In this document: piece after piece, positions 53,340 to 64,000 of the stretch
Layout: each line of letters starts with the position of its first letter
Position numbering within the stretch: position 1 is the first letter of the stretch
Assembly: GCF_006345805.1 (NCBI RefSeq)
Contig: NC_043000.1
Coordinates: 52,452,001-52,516,000, forward strand
Length of the DNA: 64,000 nucleotides
Direction: 5' to 3'
Origin: Octopus sinensis
Taxonomy: Eukaryota
The notes under the pieces: generated by a model
What the model was told of the DNA's origin: nothing
Seen by the model: only the letters and a program-made list of their open reading frames with translations
Databases searched by the model: none
Program-made: the position numbers and the translations under genes

Positions 53340-54560
53340 CTTGTTACTCCAAGACAAAGGTTTGACGGTTGGAAAGGGTGAAAATCATATTAAACAAAGT
53401 GAAACATAATGGAGTGACCCTTTACACAGAGGAGAAGAATTTTACCCAAGATACACGCACAAACAGATGCAACAATCGCATTCTGGCTTCAAATCCTCAC
53501 GAGAGGGCCAAAAATGTCATTTCCATGTGCTAAAACCATGTGAAGTTGAATATTTTTGCGTGCCTGGACCTGATGGGAAAAAGATGACATTGATCATGTT
53601 TGGGAAGGCTGAAAGTTTGGTACCCCATTTCATCACTGGATGTGAAAGATTTAGGCTTCAACATCTCGTATAAACTGGTTAGAAAAAGCTTGTGAGAAGC
53701 CCCACGGTGACCCGAACGTCCTAAAATCTCCATCCATTGAGCGAGGGAGGACGTTGATGTGGGTTTCATTTAGAAAGCTTGTGGTGCAGTCAGGAAGAGG
53801 GTCAAGGAAGTCATTGCCAAAAGATTATCAACTCATGGTACCCAACGGGTAGGATTTCGGCCAAAGTTGTCTCTGGCATTTTGGAATAACATTTTCCGCT
53901 TACGTTCGTACATTATTCCAATCTTTTATGAGCTCCCATTTCTGAGCTATGATCAATTATTTACGAAAATGTCATTTTCGTCCATGATCAACTTCATCAT
54001 ATTTCCTGCGGTGAAATTGGATAGTAACCAACATCGTTCTTGCTCAAAGTATAGTTCAATGGTCTTAGAAAATCCTCTGATAATTCAATTAAGTTATACT
54101 TAAGTATACCTAAGATATAAAGATTCGAATTCGAGTCTAAACTTTGGACAATTTTGCTGGCACACCTGGTACATCTACATTCAGATCCCATAAAAGAATG
54201 ATTACAACATTAATATAATGCAACCTTAAGCATTACAATGCTTCAAGTCCGAAAAGATTGAGTTAAAGCAAAAGTCGTCGATGGCATCGCCGTTGTTGAG
54301 GATCTTCAAAAGATTATACTTCTGTTTTATAGAAATACATGGATTTCACTGTATTTTTCATAATTTCCCACAGAGGTAGCTAAATGCCTTTATGACATTT
54401 TCATCAATGATCTCACACAAAACGGTTAGTAAAATCAAGTTGCAATGGGAAAATGTGTTATCATGATGACTGTTGACAACAAACTGCCACTATACAGCCG
54501 AACACGTTAGCTGGAGGAGACACCACACGGCAAATGAGGTCACATTTCCTAACGGTACAC
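53340..54560. mobile_element. Rearranged remnants of a maT/DD37D-like Tc1/mariner element
   Basis: Plus-strand pieces KNFTQD..TNR.NNRILASNPHE (~53446), IMFG...PHF and KACGAVRKRVKEVIAK (~53775-53822). TIR-like ends GTGACCCTTTA (~53414) and GCACACCTGGTA (~54160). A possible N-terminal HTH piece lies on the minus strand at ~54250-54420. Judged by eye. Confidence 0.4.
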
Positions 54561-54741
54561 AATAAAAATGCAATTTGCAGAACCTTATCAGCGCTTTTCA
54601 AATTTTCTATACCTGCTTTGTCAGCATTCAAAAAACAGAATTTAGAAATTTGAATAAAAGATTTTCAAAACTGTATATATTATATATACATATATACAAA
54701 CACATGCCCGCGCGCACACTCATCCACACACATAAAGACAC

Positions 54742-54784
<43 letters not shown>

Positions 54785-54901
54785 ATTAATTAATAAGGGT
54801 GAGAGAATTAGATACTAATTTAATAGCATATCTATTCAACACCAAGTGGCCCATATTATTATTATATATATATATTATATATATATATTTATTATTATTA
54901 T

Positions 54902-54956
<55 letters not shown>

Positions 54957-54966
54957 TCATATGTAT

Positions 54967-54999
<33 letters not shown>

Positions 55000-55056
55000 T
55001 AACATATATATTACATATACATACATACACACAGACCACGTGCGCGCACACACACA

Positions 55057-55094
<38 letters not shown>

Positions 55095-55098
<4 letters not shown>

Positions 55099-55236
55099 CA
55101 CGGGCATCTTTGAATTTCTGTGTCCGAAAGCCGCTCACATGGAAATATAGTAGAAGACACCTGCTCAAAGTGACGGAACCCGTAACCACGTGGTTTCAGA
55201 GCAAGCTTTTTTTATCACACACCCACGCCTGCGCCT
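55095..55236 (-). mobile_element. 5' part of a family A SINE
   Basis: Ends CACGCCTGCGCCT and contains ATAGTAGAAGACAC and GAACCCGTAACCACGTGG. Confidence 0.7.
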
Positions 55237-55739
55237 ATTATTTGAGGTTTGTAAACATTCCTACTTTGTACGTGAAATCATCTCGCTCACACATTAAAAG
55301 AATAAAGACTTTATCTCAAACTAACAGATTAGAAAAATGTATTAGCAAATACTGAAATACGAAAGATGATTTTAAACGCGGGAAATTGTTATATTACTCT
55401 GCTCTCAACCTAATAAACAGTATGAATTTACTTAAAGGAATCTGGTATCAAGAATTAAAAATATTACTAAATAATTTGTGTTTGATGATACACATCAGAA
55501 ATGTCGGCCTTTATTTCCTTGCCCCCAATTACACTAGAATTCGGATATAAATATAGAGGTTTAAAAATTATGAGTCTTGTATATTTTAAATCTGTCACTT
55601 ATTTTAGAATACGTCAATATAAATTTCTTATCAAATATATTAGAAATAAGACACCTAATCGGACACACATGTAGAAGACACTGTCAATGTACGAAAATAA
55701 ACTTTTTTCTTAGCTTGCTAACATATATATATATATAAT

Positions 55740-56245
55740 ACATAAGAGGGAATCCACTAAAAGTGAACTCCCTCACGCTAGCCACTAAAAGTTGTTCTCA
55801 AGAAAAAATTCAGAACGTAAGCGGGCAGGACAAATGAAAAATAACTAAAATATAGATTAACTCTATACAATTGTTTCACTGAGAATAAATTATGCAATTT
55901 TACTTACACAATCAATTTGCAGATCGTCAGTAGAGACTGTCAAGAATATAATTTGTCGAACTGCACGCCATATATTAACACGAGGCCAAAAATGCGAGCA
56001 GTACGGCCTATTACATTCATAGTTATATTCAAATGCCCTCGTCCAGCGCGCCAAATTTCCGGGAATAAATAGCGCATAAACAATTCACTGCACTAGTTAA
56101 CGCCGGTTTGAGAACAATATTAATTAAGAATTAAATTCAAAATGAGGGTGACAAATTGTATATTGATTTAATAATATCAGTTTAACACCATTGGTGTTAA
56201 AACTGATATTATTAATTAATATACAATTTTTCACCCTCATTTTGA
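55740..56245 (-). mobile_element. PLE pseudo-LTR-like segment with a canonical hammerhead and a terminal ~110-bp fold-back
   Basis: Lies between two (TA)n tracts and contains the HHR at 55861-55935. 56137-56190 and 56191-56245 are near-perfect inverted repeats (TCAAAATGAGGGTGA...AACACCA|TTGGTGTT...TCACCCTCATTTTGA). Confidence 0.6.
55861..55935 (-). ncRNA. Type I hammerhead ribozyme with canonical core and enlarged stem/loop II
   Basis: Minus strand: CUCUA-CUGACGA-[46-nt UCUG...CAGU]-GAAA-CAAUUG-UA-UAGAG. 5-bp stem I, intact CUGANGA and GAAA, palindromic ACAAUUGU stem III, GUA site. Confidence 0.75.
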
Positions 56246-56246
56246 T

Positions 56247-56282
<36 letters not shown>

Positions 56283-56411
56283 AATATATATATGTATATA
56301 TAAATATATATATATATGTATATATAAATATATATATGTATGTATGGCATGTGTGTGTATCTACCTATCTATATATATGTGTATATGTATATATATACAT
56401 ATATATTTATA

Positions 56412-56549
<138 letters not shown>

Positions 56550-56554
56550 CATAT

Positions 56555-56765
56555 ATTTATGTGTGTGTGTCATTGTGTCTATGTTTGTCCCCACAACATC
56601 ACTTGCCAACCCATGTTCTTGTTTTTACGTCCCCGTAACCAAGCGGTTCAGCAAAAATGAACCGATAGAATAAATACTAGACTTACAAAGAGTAAGTCTT
56701 GTGGTCGTTTTATTGGACTAAAATCTTTTAAAGCGATGCTCCAGTATGACCGCTCTCAAATTACT
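56555..56765 (+). mobile_element. 3' half of a family A SINE
   Basis: TTTACGTCCCCGTAACCAAGCGGTTCAGCAAAAATGAACCGATAGAATAA...GCGATGCTCCAGTATGACCGC. Confidence 0.7.
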
Positions 56766-56817
56766 GTAGCAATTACAGAATAAATATATAGTTAGAGAGG
56801 GAGAGGGGGAGAAAGTG

Positions 56818-56901
<84 letters not shown>

Positions 56902-56980
56902 AGATAAATAGATAGAAAGGTAGATAGATATATAGACAGATAGACAAAGAGACAGATAGATAGATGGAGACAGATAGATA

Positions 56981-57943
56981 TTAGCTTGAGTAAAATGTAA
57001 GCAAAGTTTTGAGCCATAAAGAATTTGTACCGGATCTTTGTAGAGTCCTGAATTTTTTAAAACATTTCTTCGCAATTCTCTGATAATACAGACATAGATT
57101 TTCACAAATTCATCAATAAATTAGCATTGATTTTTTTTCTAATCGTAGTTACAATCATCTGAAATAGAACTGGCCAAAAGAACTAGTAGAAGTAAGATAG
57201 AAAACTGACTGCAACCATTTGCATGCAATCGGAAAATCGAAAAACTCGATAAATGTGTACCACAGGATTGGAATCAAAATCTGTAAATGCGCAGATATGA
57301 AATTTGCTCGTCGCCTCTGCTCCCTAACCAGACCGATCCATTTCTCGACCGTATTGTAACTTGCAATGAAAGGTGGATTCTGTACAATAATAAAAATATT
57401 TTCTTCGCGAAGTTTATGTTTGGTAGTGTTCTGCTGGACTCATCCACTATAACTTATCAAAACCCGGACAAACCATTACTGCAGAAACATATTGCCATGG
57501 AATTAGCAAAATGAACAAAAAACTGCTAACCCTCCGTCCCAGACTGTTCAATAGAAGAGGGCCAATCCTTTTTCATGGCAATGCTCGACCACACGTTCCC
57601 CTAATGACGCTCCAAAAGTTGAGGGAACTTAGCTACGACGTTCTTTCCCACCCAGTTTATTGCCCACGCCTTTCTCCTACTGACTACCGCTTTTTTAAGC
57701 ACCTTGATGGTTTCCTGAGAGAGAAGGGGTTCAACAATCAAGCTGATGCCGAAAATGCGTTCAAAGAGTTCATCAGCTCCAGAACTCCAGATTTTTATGT
57801 TCCCGAAATAAACAAACTTGTAACTCGTTGGCAAAAGTGTGTTGATTGTAATTGTACTTACATGAATAAAATTTCCGTATTGTTGAAATATATTGTGATG
57901 AATTTTATGCTTTAAAACGTTGCTAACGTTTTGCTCAGCCTGA
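56981..57943 (+). mobile_element. Decayed, internally deleted mariner (DD34D) transposon
   Basis: PFLDRIVTCNERWILYNN (TGDEKW-like), ILFHGNARPHV, HPVYCPRLSPTDYRFF, FYVPEINKLVTRWQKCV; two of the catalytic Asp residues are mutated. TIR-like ends TTAGCTTGAGTAAAATGTAAGCAAAGTTTT and AAAACGTTGCTAACGTTTTGCTCAGCCTGA, with TA on both sides. Confidence 0.88.
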
Positions 57944-59228
57944 TAGATAGATAAATATGAGGAGGTCCAGGCAGTTTTCTAGTAAATTGCTAAATTACTC
58001 TGACCCGTTTTTTGTCGTTAAGGTACTTGAAGACAAGTTTGCACAATGTACCACACACTGGGTTAAAAGTCAAACCCCGCACTTACGAAACAAAAACCTA
58101 AACCGTCATGTCTTATTACTCTCGATCTATGTCAGAAGCAACGTAAATAAAACATCATTAATTTTGTGATATAATACAGTAAAACAGTGCAGTAATATCT
58201 ACGTATGCTACTAATTTATTTTATCACTGAAACTGATAAGCACTAAATATGGAAGCAAAATGACTTTCTAAATTGAGTTATGTCAAAAGCAATTTGCAAC
58301 ACATGATGTATAATTTCTCAACATTTACCCTAACAATTAAAATGTCGAATATTGTAGCTTACAGAATTAGAGAATGGCTGCAGATCTATTATTGGAGTTG
58401 ATTAATACTCGGAATTAGGTAACATTAGAAAATCACTAGATTCATAATAATGATTGGCACTAAGAGGAATTATATGCCCACTTCAGTTTGGGGATTTAAC
58501 CAGAAAGAGAAATAGTTATTTATCTTTGTCAATCATGGATGTCGTATACTCGATAACTTTCACATAAATTGAAATTCTGGTGCTTATCTTAAATATGATA
58601 AGAAATAAGTTGCCATTCATAATTAGTGGCTACATAGGTACCATAACTGTTGCAATTTGGATTGGTAGCATAAGCTTTCACTGAAGAATGTCATGAAAAG
58701 TAGAATAATTTAGGTCCTATCCATTTTTATATTCCGAATATTAATTGTAATAAGGAAATCATATTTACGAATAACATCAAGAGTTTTATAAACAAAAATT
58801 ACTCAGAAAATTTTTGGCCCAAATATTTTTCCTTGTTGGAAAACATGAGGAAGGGAAAATAACTTCACTAGACCAAATCACATGCTTGAGATAGTTAGGA
58901 GAAGTGATCAGTTTTTGGGCGTATGTAAAATGTTAATTTTCGAAGTGAAATTTATCTCAACTCAATAATGAAAATAAACACCTTGTGGTAAATGTAAAAA
59001 TAATGATAGACATGGCTTGTATTCATTTGATCATATGTTTGCTGGATCAAAGCTGAGTTGAGGTTCTTTAGTCGAAGATCATCAGTGAGAGAATGTCTCC
59101 ATCTATAAGTGTGTGCGCTTTGTTGCATCTTATGAGTTGGCTAAAATTCACCTGTATCAAGACTAATCTTGCCGTATATTCCAAACGGATTCACAAAAGT
59201 GTGGCTATAACCTTTGAAAATATAAACT

Positions 59229-59385
59229 GGAATAATGGATACAGATTTTAATTTGAAGTTGAGTTCCATATAAATATCAACAGGAATAGAGGATACGAAT
59301 TTTAATTTAAATATAAATATCCCTATAAATATCAGCAGGAATAGTGGATACAGATTTTAATTTGAAGTTGAGTTACATTTACATC
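59229..59385. repeat. Minisatellite, ~54-bp unit, ~3 copies
   Basis: GGAATA.TGGATACAGATTTTAATTTGAAGTTGAGTT-type units start at 59229, 59283 and 59338. Confidence 0.85.
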
Positions 59386-59883
59386 AAATAAAGATGAAGT
59401 GAAGTGACTATTTTGAGAAGTTTTCAGCGAATTCTGCAATTCTTTTAGTTTTTCAACTTATTTTACTATGAAGTTGTCCCAACAAATATGTCGAAATGAA
59501 AGGAAAATAAGCTTCATTGAGTTTAGTGTCGCAGAGTAAATATTCATAGTGGGTAGTTTTGAATATACATATTTCAAACCAATCACACTAATAGTCTAAA
59601 TATCTATAATTCGTGCAGAATCTAAAAAACAGTGATAACAGAAAGTTAAAGTATTCTTTTATGCATGAAAACACATTTTAGTAGCATATTTAGTAGCATT
59701 TTTAGCACGAAGATTTTCACCAAAATTTTATATAAGTCCTAATTATTTACATTATGTACACCACTGCCTGTGGGATGAAGTTAAAATAATAGACAGAGAA
59801 TACCGTTGGAAAGTACGAACACTAAAAGAAGCAGCACATATGGGAGGACAACCTCTTAAGCAGACCGAGTGTAGATATGAATA

Positions 59884-60054
59884 GAGTTCGATTCCAGGCA
59901 GTGACTTGAAAAATAATAACATCGAAAAATACTTTAGGAATGGGAACCCAGGGTATATAAGCCGAAACGTTGTGTTAACAACAAATAAGATGAGGACAAA
60001 TATCCGTCAAATGTAAATGATATACATAATTCCTCATATCATAAATACAGAACT
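59884..60054 (+). mobile_element. SINE family C, third copy, with the 5' half of the hammerhead deleted
   Basis: Intact B box GAGTTCGATTCC, then AGGCAGTGACTTGAA...GGGAACCCAGGG|TATATAAGCCGAAACGTTGTGTTAACAACAAATAAGATGAGGACAAATATCCGTC...AATACAGAACTG. Confidence 0.8.
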
Positions 60055-61812
60055 GGAAGAAGTCCTCCCGTTTGGAAAAATTTCGAGTTTGTTTCAAGCA
60101 AGTCTCGCTAATGTGGTAGATTATGAATAATTAATTCTTATTTAATTTATTTTGAAAAACTGTCATAATACAGCATAGTTCAATAACTGAGATATAATTT
60201 GAAAGACAAATTAAGTACCTAAAGTAATCTAATTAGAATCTCGTGAGTAAATTATATTTGTGCTGAATGTTCTTGATATCCTGTATAAAATCAATATGAC
60301 ATAAATCCCCAAAGATATTACCTTTTGCCACACGTTTATTATTCATTTTGACACATAACTGTTCAGTAGTCTAATATATTTATATAGTTCTACATTTGTC
60401 ATGCAAAGGACGCAAGTATTTTCTTTGTAAGCAAGTATTTTCTGCAAGATTTCGTTTTAGCCCGCCATTTTATCAAGATTTGATAATAAATTTCCGGTAG
60501 TACCACACTAGATGTCAAATGAATTCAAAACACATTTGACAATTTGGGAATGTACACACACATATTCAAATTAACATGAATGTGTACGTGTTAGGCATCT
60601 TAATTGTTTTATTTTAAATATCGTAATTGTTTACAAGTAGCCGTAAATGGTGTGATAGAAGAGGTACCCAGACTAATAAATTTTACGAGGATATATAGTT
60701 GAATATTCAATGCCATCAATTGCATAAAGAATATACCATTTTGCCATAATTCTATAAATCGACATGTACAATACATCAAGCCTCAGTGTCTCGGAGACGA
60801 TCTTTCTGCAAAGAGATCAAATCAAATACTGAAGATGAAAAATAAAGAAGGCACTATCACACGCCTGCTTACGAATTCATTGGAACAGGGATGCACATAG
60901 AAGAAAAAACTGTGCCTACAAGCAGACTCGAGCGCGACGAAAAATAACAGCAGTTGGCCTTTACAGACAAATCAGTCACCACTTGACAAAAATTGATTAG
61001 AGACGCAACTCATGCAGGGCCCACTGGGCTACTAACAGTTGGTGCTACCGGATCAGAACATTATCTTGGTTTGGACGAGTGTTTCCGACGTATCTCTGGT
61101 GATACTGTTGATAGCAGTGGTAGGCACAATATAGCAAATACGGGAGCAGAAAACAAAACACATAATTCGTGTGAAGGTGTTGAATAGTCAGGAGAATTTC
61201 AAGAACAACAGAATACAATCTTGCAAACGATCACTGTCAATAAAAAAGTTCTAAATGCTGCAAAAGAGATTGCCGCTCAGTGAAAGATTATAAATTTGAT
61301 TTACACATTATCCCAGCAGACATATCCTTGTTTACCCAGTGAAAATCATGGTGCATCACAGTACAGTTAAAGTGGCGGAATCTTTTAATCCATATAGATA
61401 TATAGAGATTATTTCGTCGACAAGTGGAGTCATAGCCTATACGCTGGTCCGACAAGTGGAATCAGAGCAGAAACTTCGTTGAACGATCTACCAAGACCAG
61501 TAAAGTACGTATTCATAGGTCTACGGATAAGTACAAGATAAAAGGAGAATTCAACTGGGCGACAAAGGACTTATATACAACATTGGAAAACATCATCAAG
61601 CACGGTTTTCAAGAGAAGCATCAACTTTTAACAACGATATTTACTAATTTCCTTTAACTCGCCATATTTCACAAAAATTGACGAAATCGCATTTTGAGAT
61701 GCGTCGACATCATCTGTGGAACCATAAACACACTCTCTGACGCTTTCTTGTTCTTTCTTTCACTCTCCCTCTCTCACACAAACACGCACGCATATATTTA
61801 ATAATAATAATA

Positions 61813-62025
61813 TTTTCAAATGTTAGCACAAGGCCAGTAATTTGGGGAAGTGAGTAAATCGATTACGTCGACCCTACTGGTCAACTAGAACTTATTTTCT
61901 TGACCCCCAAAAGGATAAAAGGCACATATAACCTCAGAAGAAATGGAACTCGGAACGTAAAGACGGGTGAAATGCTGCTAAGCAATTTGCTCCGCGTGGT
62001 TACGACTCTGCCATCTCTCCGCCTT
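61813..62025 (-). mobile_element. Decayed family B SINE
   Basis: GACCCCCAAAAGGATAAAAGGC...GAACTCGGAACGTAAAGACG...CCGCCTT. Confidence 0.75.
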
Positions 62026-62057
62026 AGTAATAGTAGTAGTAGTAGTAGTAGAAATAC

Positions 62058-62228
62058 CTAAAATGTTGAGGGGAGGGGACTAGTTGATTACATCGACCCC
62101 GCTGCTTTAATGGGAATTGCTTTATCGACCATGAAAGGATGAAAAATCAAAGTCAGGGGCAGCAGAATTTGAACTCGGAACGAAAAGACGGACGAAATGC
62201 TATGCATTTTGCCTGACGCTCTAACAAT
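62058..62228 (-). mobile_element. Decayed family B SINE
   Basis: CATCGACCCC...GAAAGGATGAAA...GAATTTGAACTCGGAACGAAAAGACGGACGAAATGC. Confidence 0.7.
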
Positions 62229-63338
62229 TAATTGATTTGTATAAGATCTTTATATATGAGATCACGTTTTGTTTACAGCATCCACCATATTGTCAGTGAT
62301 CATTATATCCTACAAGAAATTCTTCCTCCTTGAAATGTCTTAAAGTGAAATGTCATCGACTATAATAAAAATATTGTTATTGAAAGATTAGATTTAAATG
62401 AATGATAGTGATTGAAAACTGAAATTAAGTCTTCTTTCGTTAATAGCTACACTAATATACGACAGTACTTCGTTTTACAATATTGATTGTGTAGTGCGGG
62501 GGAGTCTAAGTCACACACTCTCACCATGCTGAAAAAAATCTCTCCCTATTTGAATTCAACTCTTTATGTTTCTCTTAAGTAGGATTGAAAATTTAAGTAT
62601 TACTGGAGACAAAGAATTCACTGCCTTTATATTTTCAGTTCAATATGTCAAAGTCATTGTGCAAAATATATCGAGGTATATTGTAAAACGAAAAAATATT
62701 TCTGGTTAATTGTTGCATATAGGAATATATATAAATACAAGTTTGTAAATATCAGTATAATAAAAATATCTTATATATCGTGTAATAGCTACAGGTTTAC
62801 AATTTAATATGCAATTAAATAATTTTCGCTTTGCAGGGCCTTGTGTATCTTGGATCAATAACTATTACGCTGAATGGAATTTATTTGGAACATCTAAATC
62901 AGTGTTGCTTAGTCTAGAGCATGATAATAGTCTCAAGGGACGTAGTAGTCAAAAGTTGGCAATTAAATATAACATATTTCAAAGAAACATTAATTGAAAA
63001 TATTTCTGAATATCTACATCATTTATCCATTTAGGGTGGGGTTGCACTTTGTTTTTGGGAAATAATAAACTAAATCACTTTTGGTAAAAGGTAAGCATAC
63101 ATGGAGAGTGTAAGCTGTCCTTATCATCAACACTAACATATATACATCCTGGCAAACATTCTTATGTATATATACATATCAATATGCACAAAAGTGCATA
63201 TGCACAAAAGTTCAAACACATTATATATATATATATATATATTTAAATATGTGTGTGTGTGTTTGTTTGGGCGCGTGTGTGTAAACATCCATTCAAATAT
63301 ATATACAGGCATACATACATATCTATGTATATACATAT

Positions 63339-63389
<51 letters not shown>

Positions 63390-63547
63390 ATATATATACA
63401 TGTATATATATATACGTACACATATATAAAAATATACATATGTATATATACATATATATTTATATATATGTATACATATACATATATATGTATGTATATA
63501 TGTACATATATTTATACGTATATTTATACATACATACATACACACAA

Positions 63548-63590
<43 letters not shown>

Positions 63591-64000
63591 TATACAGAAA
63601 TATATGGATAGAGAGATAGATAGACAGACAGACAGACGTGAGAATGGATTCAGAGAATCGATCGGAATCCATCGTAAGCATACAGCTCCAGTATTTGGTT
63701 ACCATGTCTCACGGTTAAATTCTAAAGAAATTAACTGGTACTTGTACCAACGATCTAACGTATGCAGGCAAATATATCGGTTGTGGTGTGTATTAAATGC
63801 AAAAAGGTGAGTTAAGGAAGAAAGAGGTGAATAATTTCCAAGCATGTTACATCTGTTTCATAATCCACACGGTATAATTTACTGTAACCTCTACCATATT
63901 ATTGATCCATCCATCCAACCATCCAGCCAGCCAGCAAGCCAGCCATACACACATACATACTTACGTATATACATATTATTGGAGGCCCTGAGATATGTAA

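Noticed and set aside
58340-59220. Possible GPCR pseudogene (ILGI.GNI-like, YLSLSIMDVVYSI)
   Set aside because: It needs many frameshifts and stops, and hydrophobic residues are expected in AT-rich DNA. No DRY or NPxxY motif was seen. A translated HMM search would be needed.

Overview
AT-rich, microsatellite-dense eukaryotic DNA with no host exon I can recognise. The SINE families suggest an octopus or other coleoid cephalopod genome (inference from repeat sequence only). Almost every ORF in the track is an artefact of (TA)n/(CA)n/(GA)n/(TAC)n repeats. The supportable content is mobile DNA: (i) a largely intact but frameshifted, 5'-truncated Penelope-like retroelement (PLE; RT plus GIY-YIG) at 48.3-52.0 kb, bounded by ~278-bp inverted pseudo-LTRs; (ii) decayed Tc1, mariner, maT-like and Chapaev3-like transposase remnants; (iii) two copies of a non-autonomous Helitron-like element; (iv) many copies of two tRNA-headed SINE families. 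The most notable signal is a set of minimal type I hammerhead ribozyme (HHR) motifs in at least five unrelated sequence families, most with a family-specific palindromic stem III. They include a tandem two-HHR unit predicted to release a 368-nt RNA (18.1-18.8 kb), an intact UUGAAAA (U3-A8) core variant in two families, and a third tRNA-headed SINE family whose 3' tail carries an HHR-like motif. One insertion of that family is a head-to-head dimer inside a single 14-bp target-site duplication, matching the inverted geometry of the autonomous PLE. This points to a possible PLE-mobilised, ribozyme-bearing SINE. Coordinates were counted by hand; no alignment, folding or database search was run.
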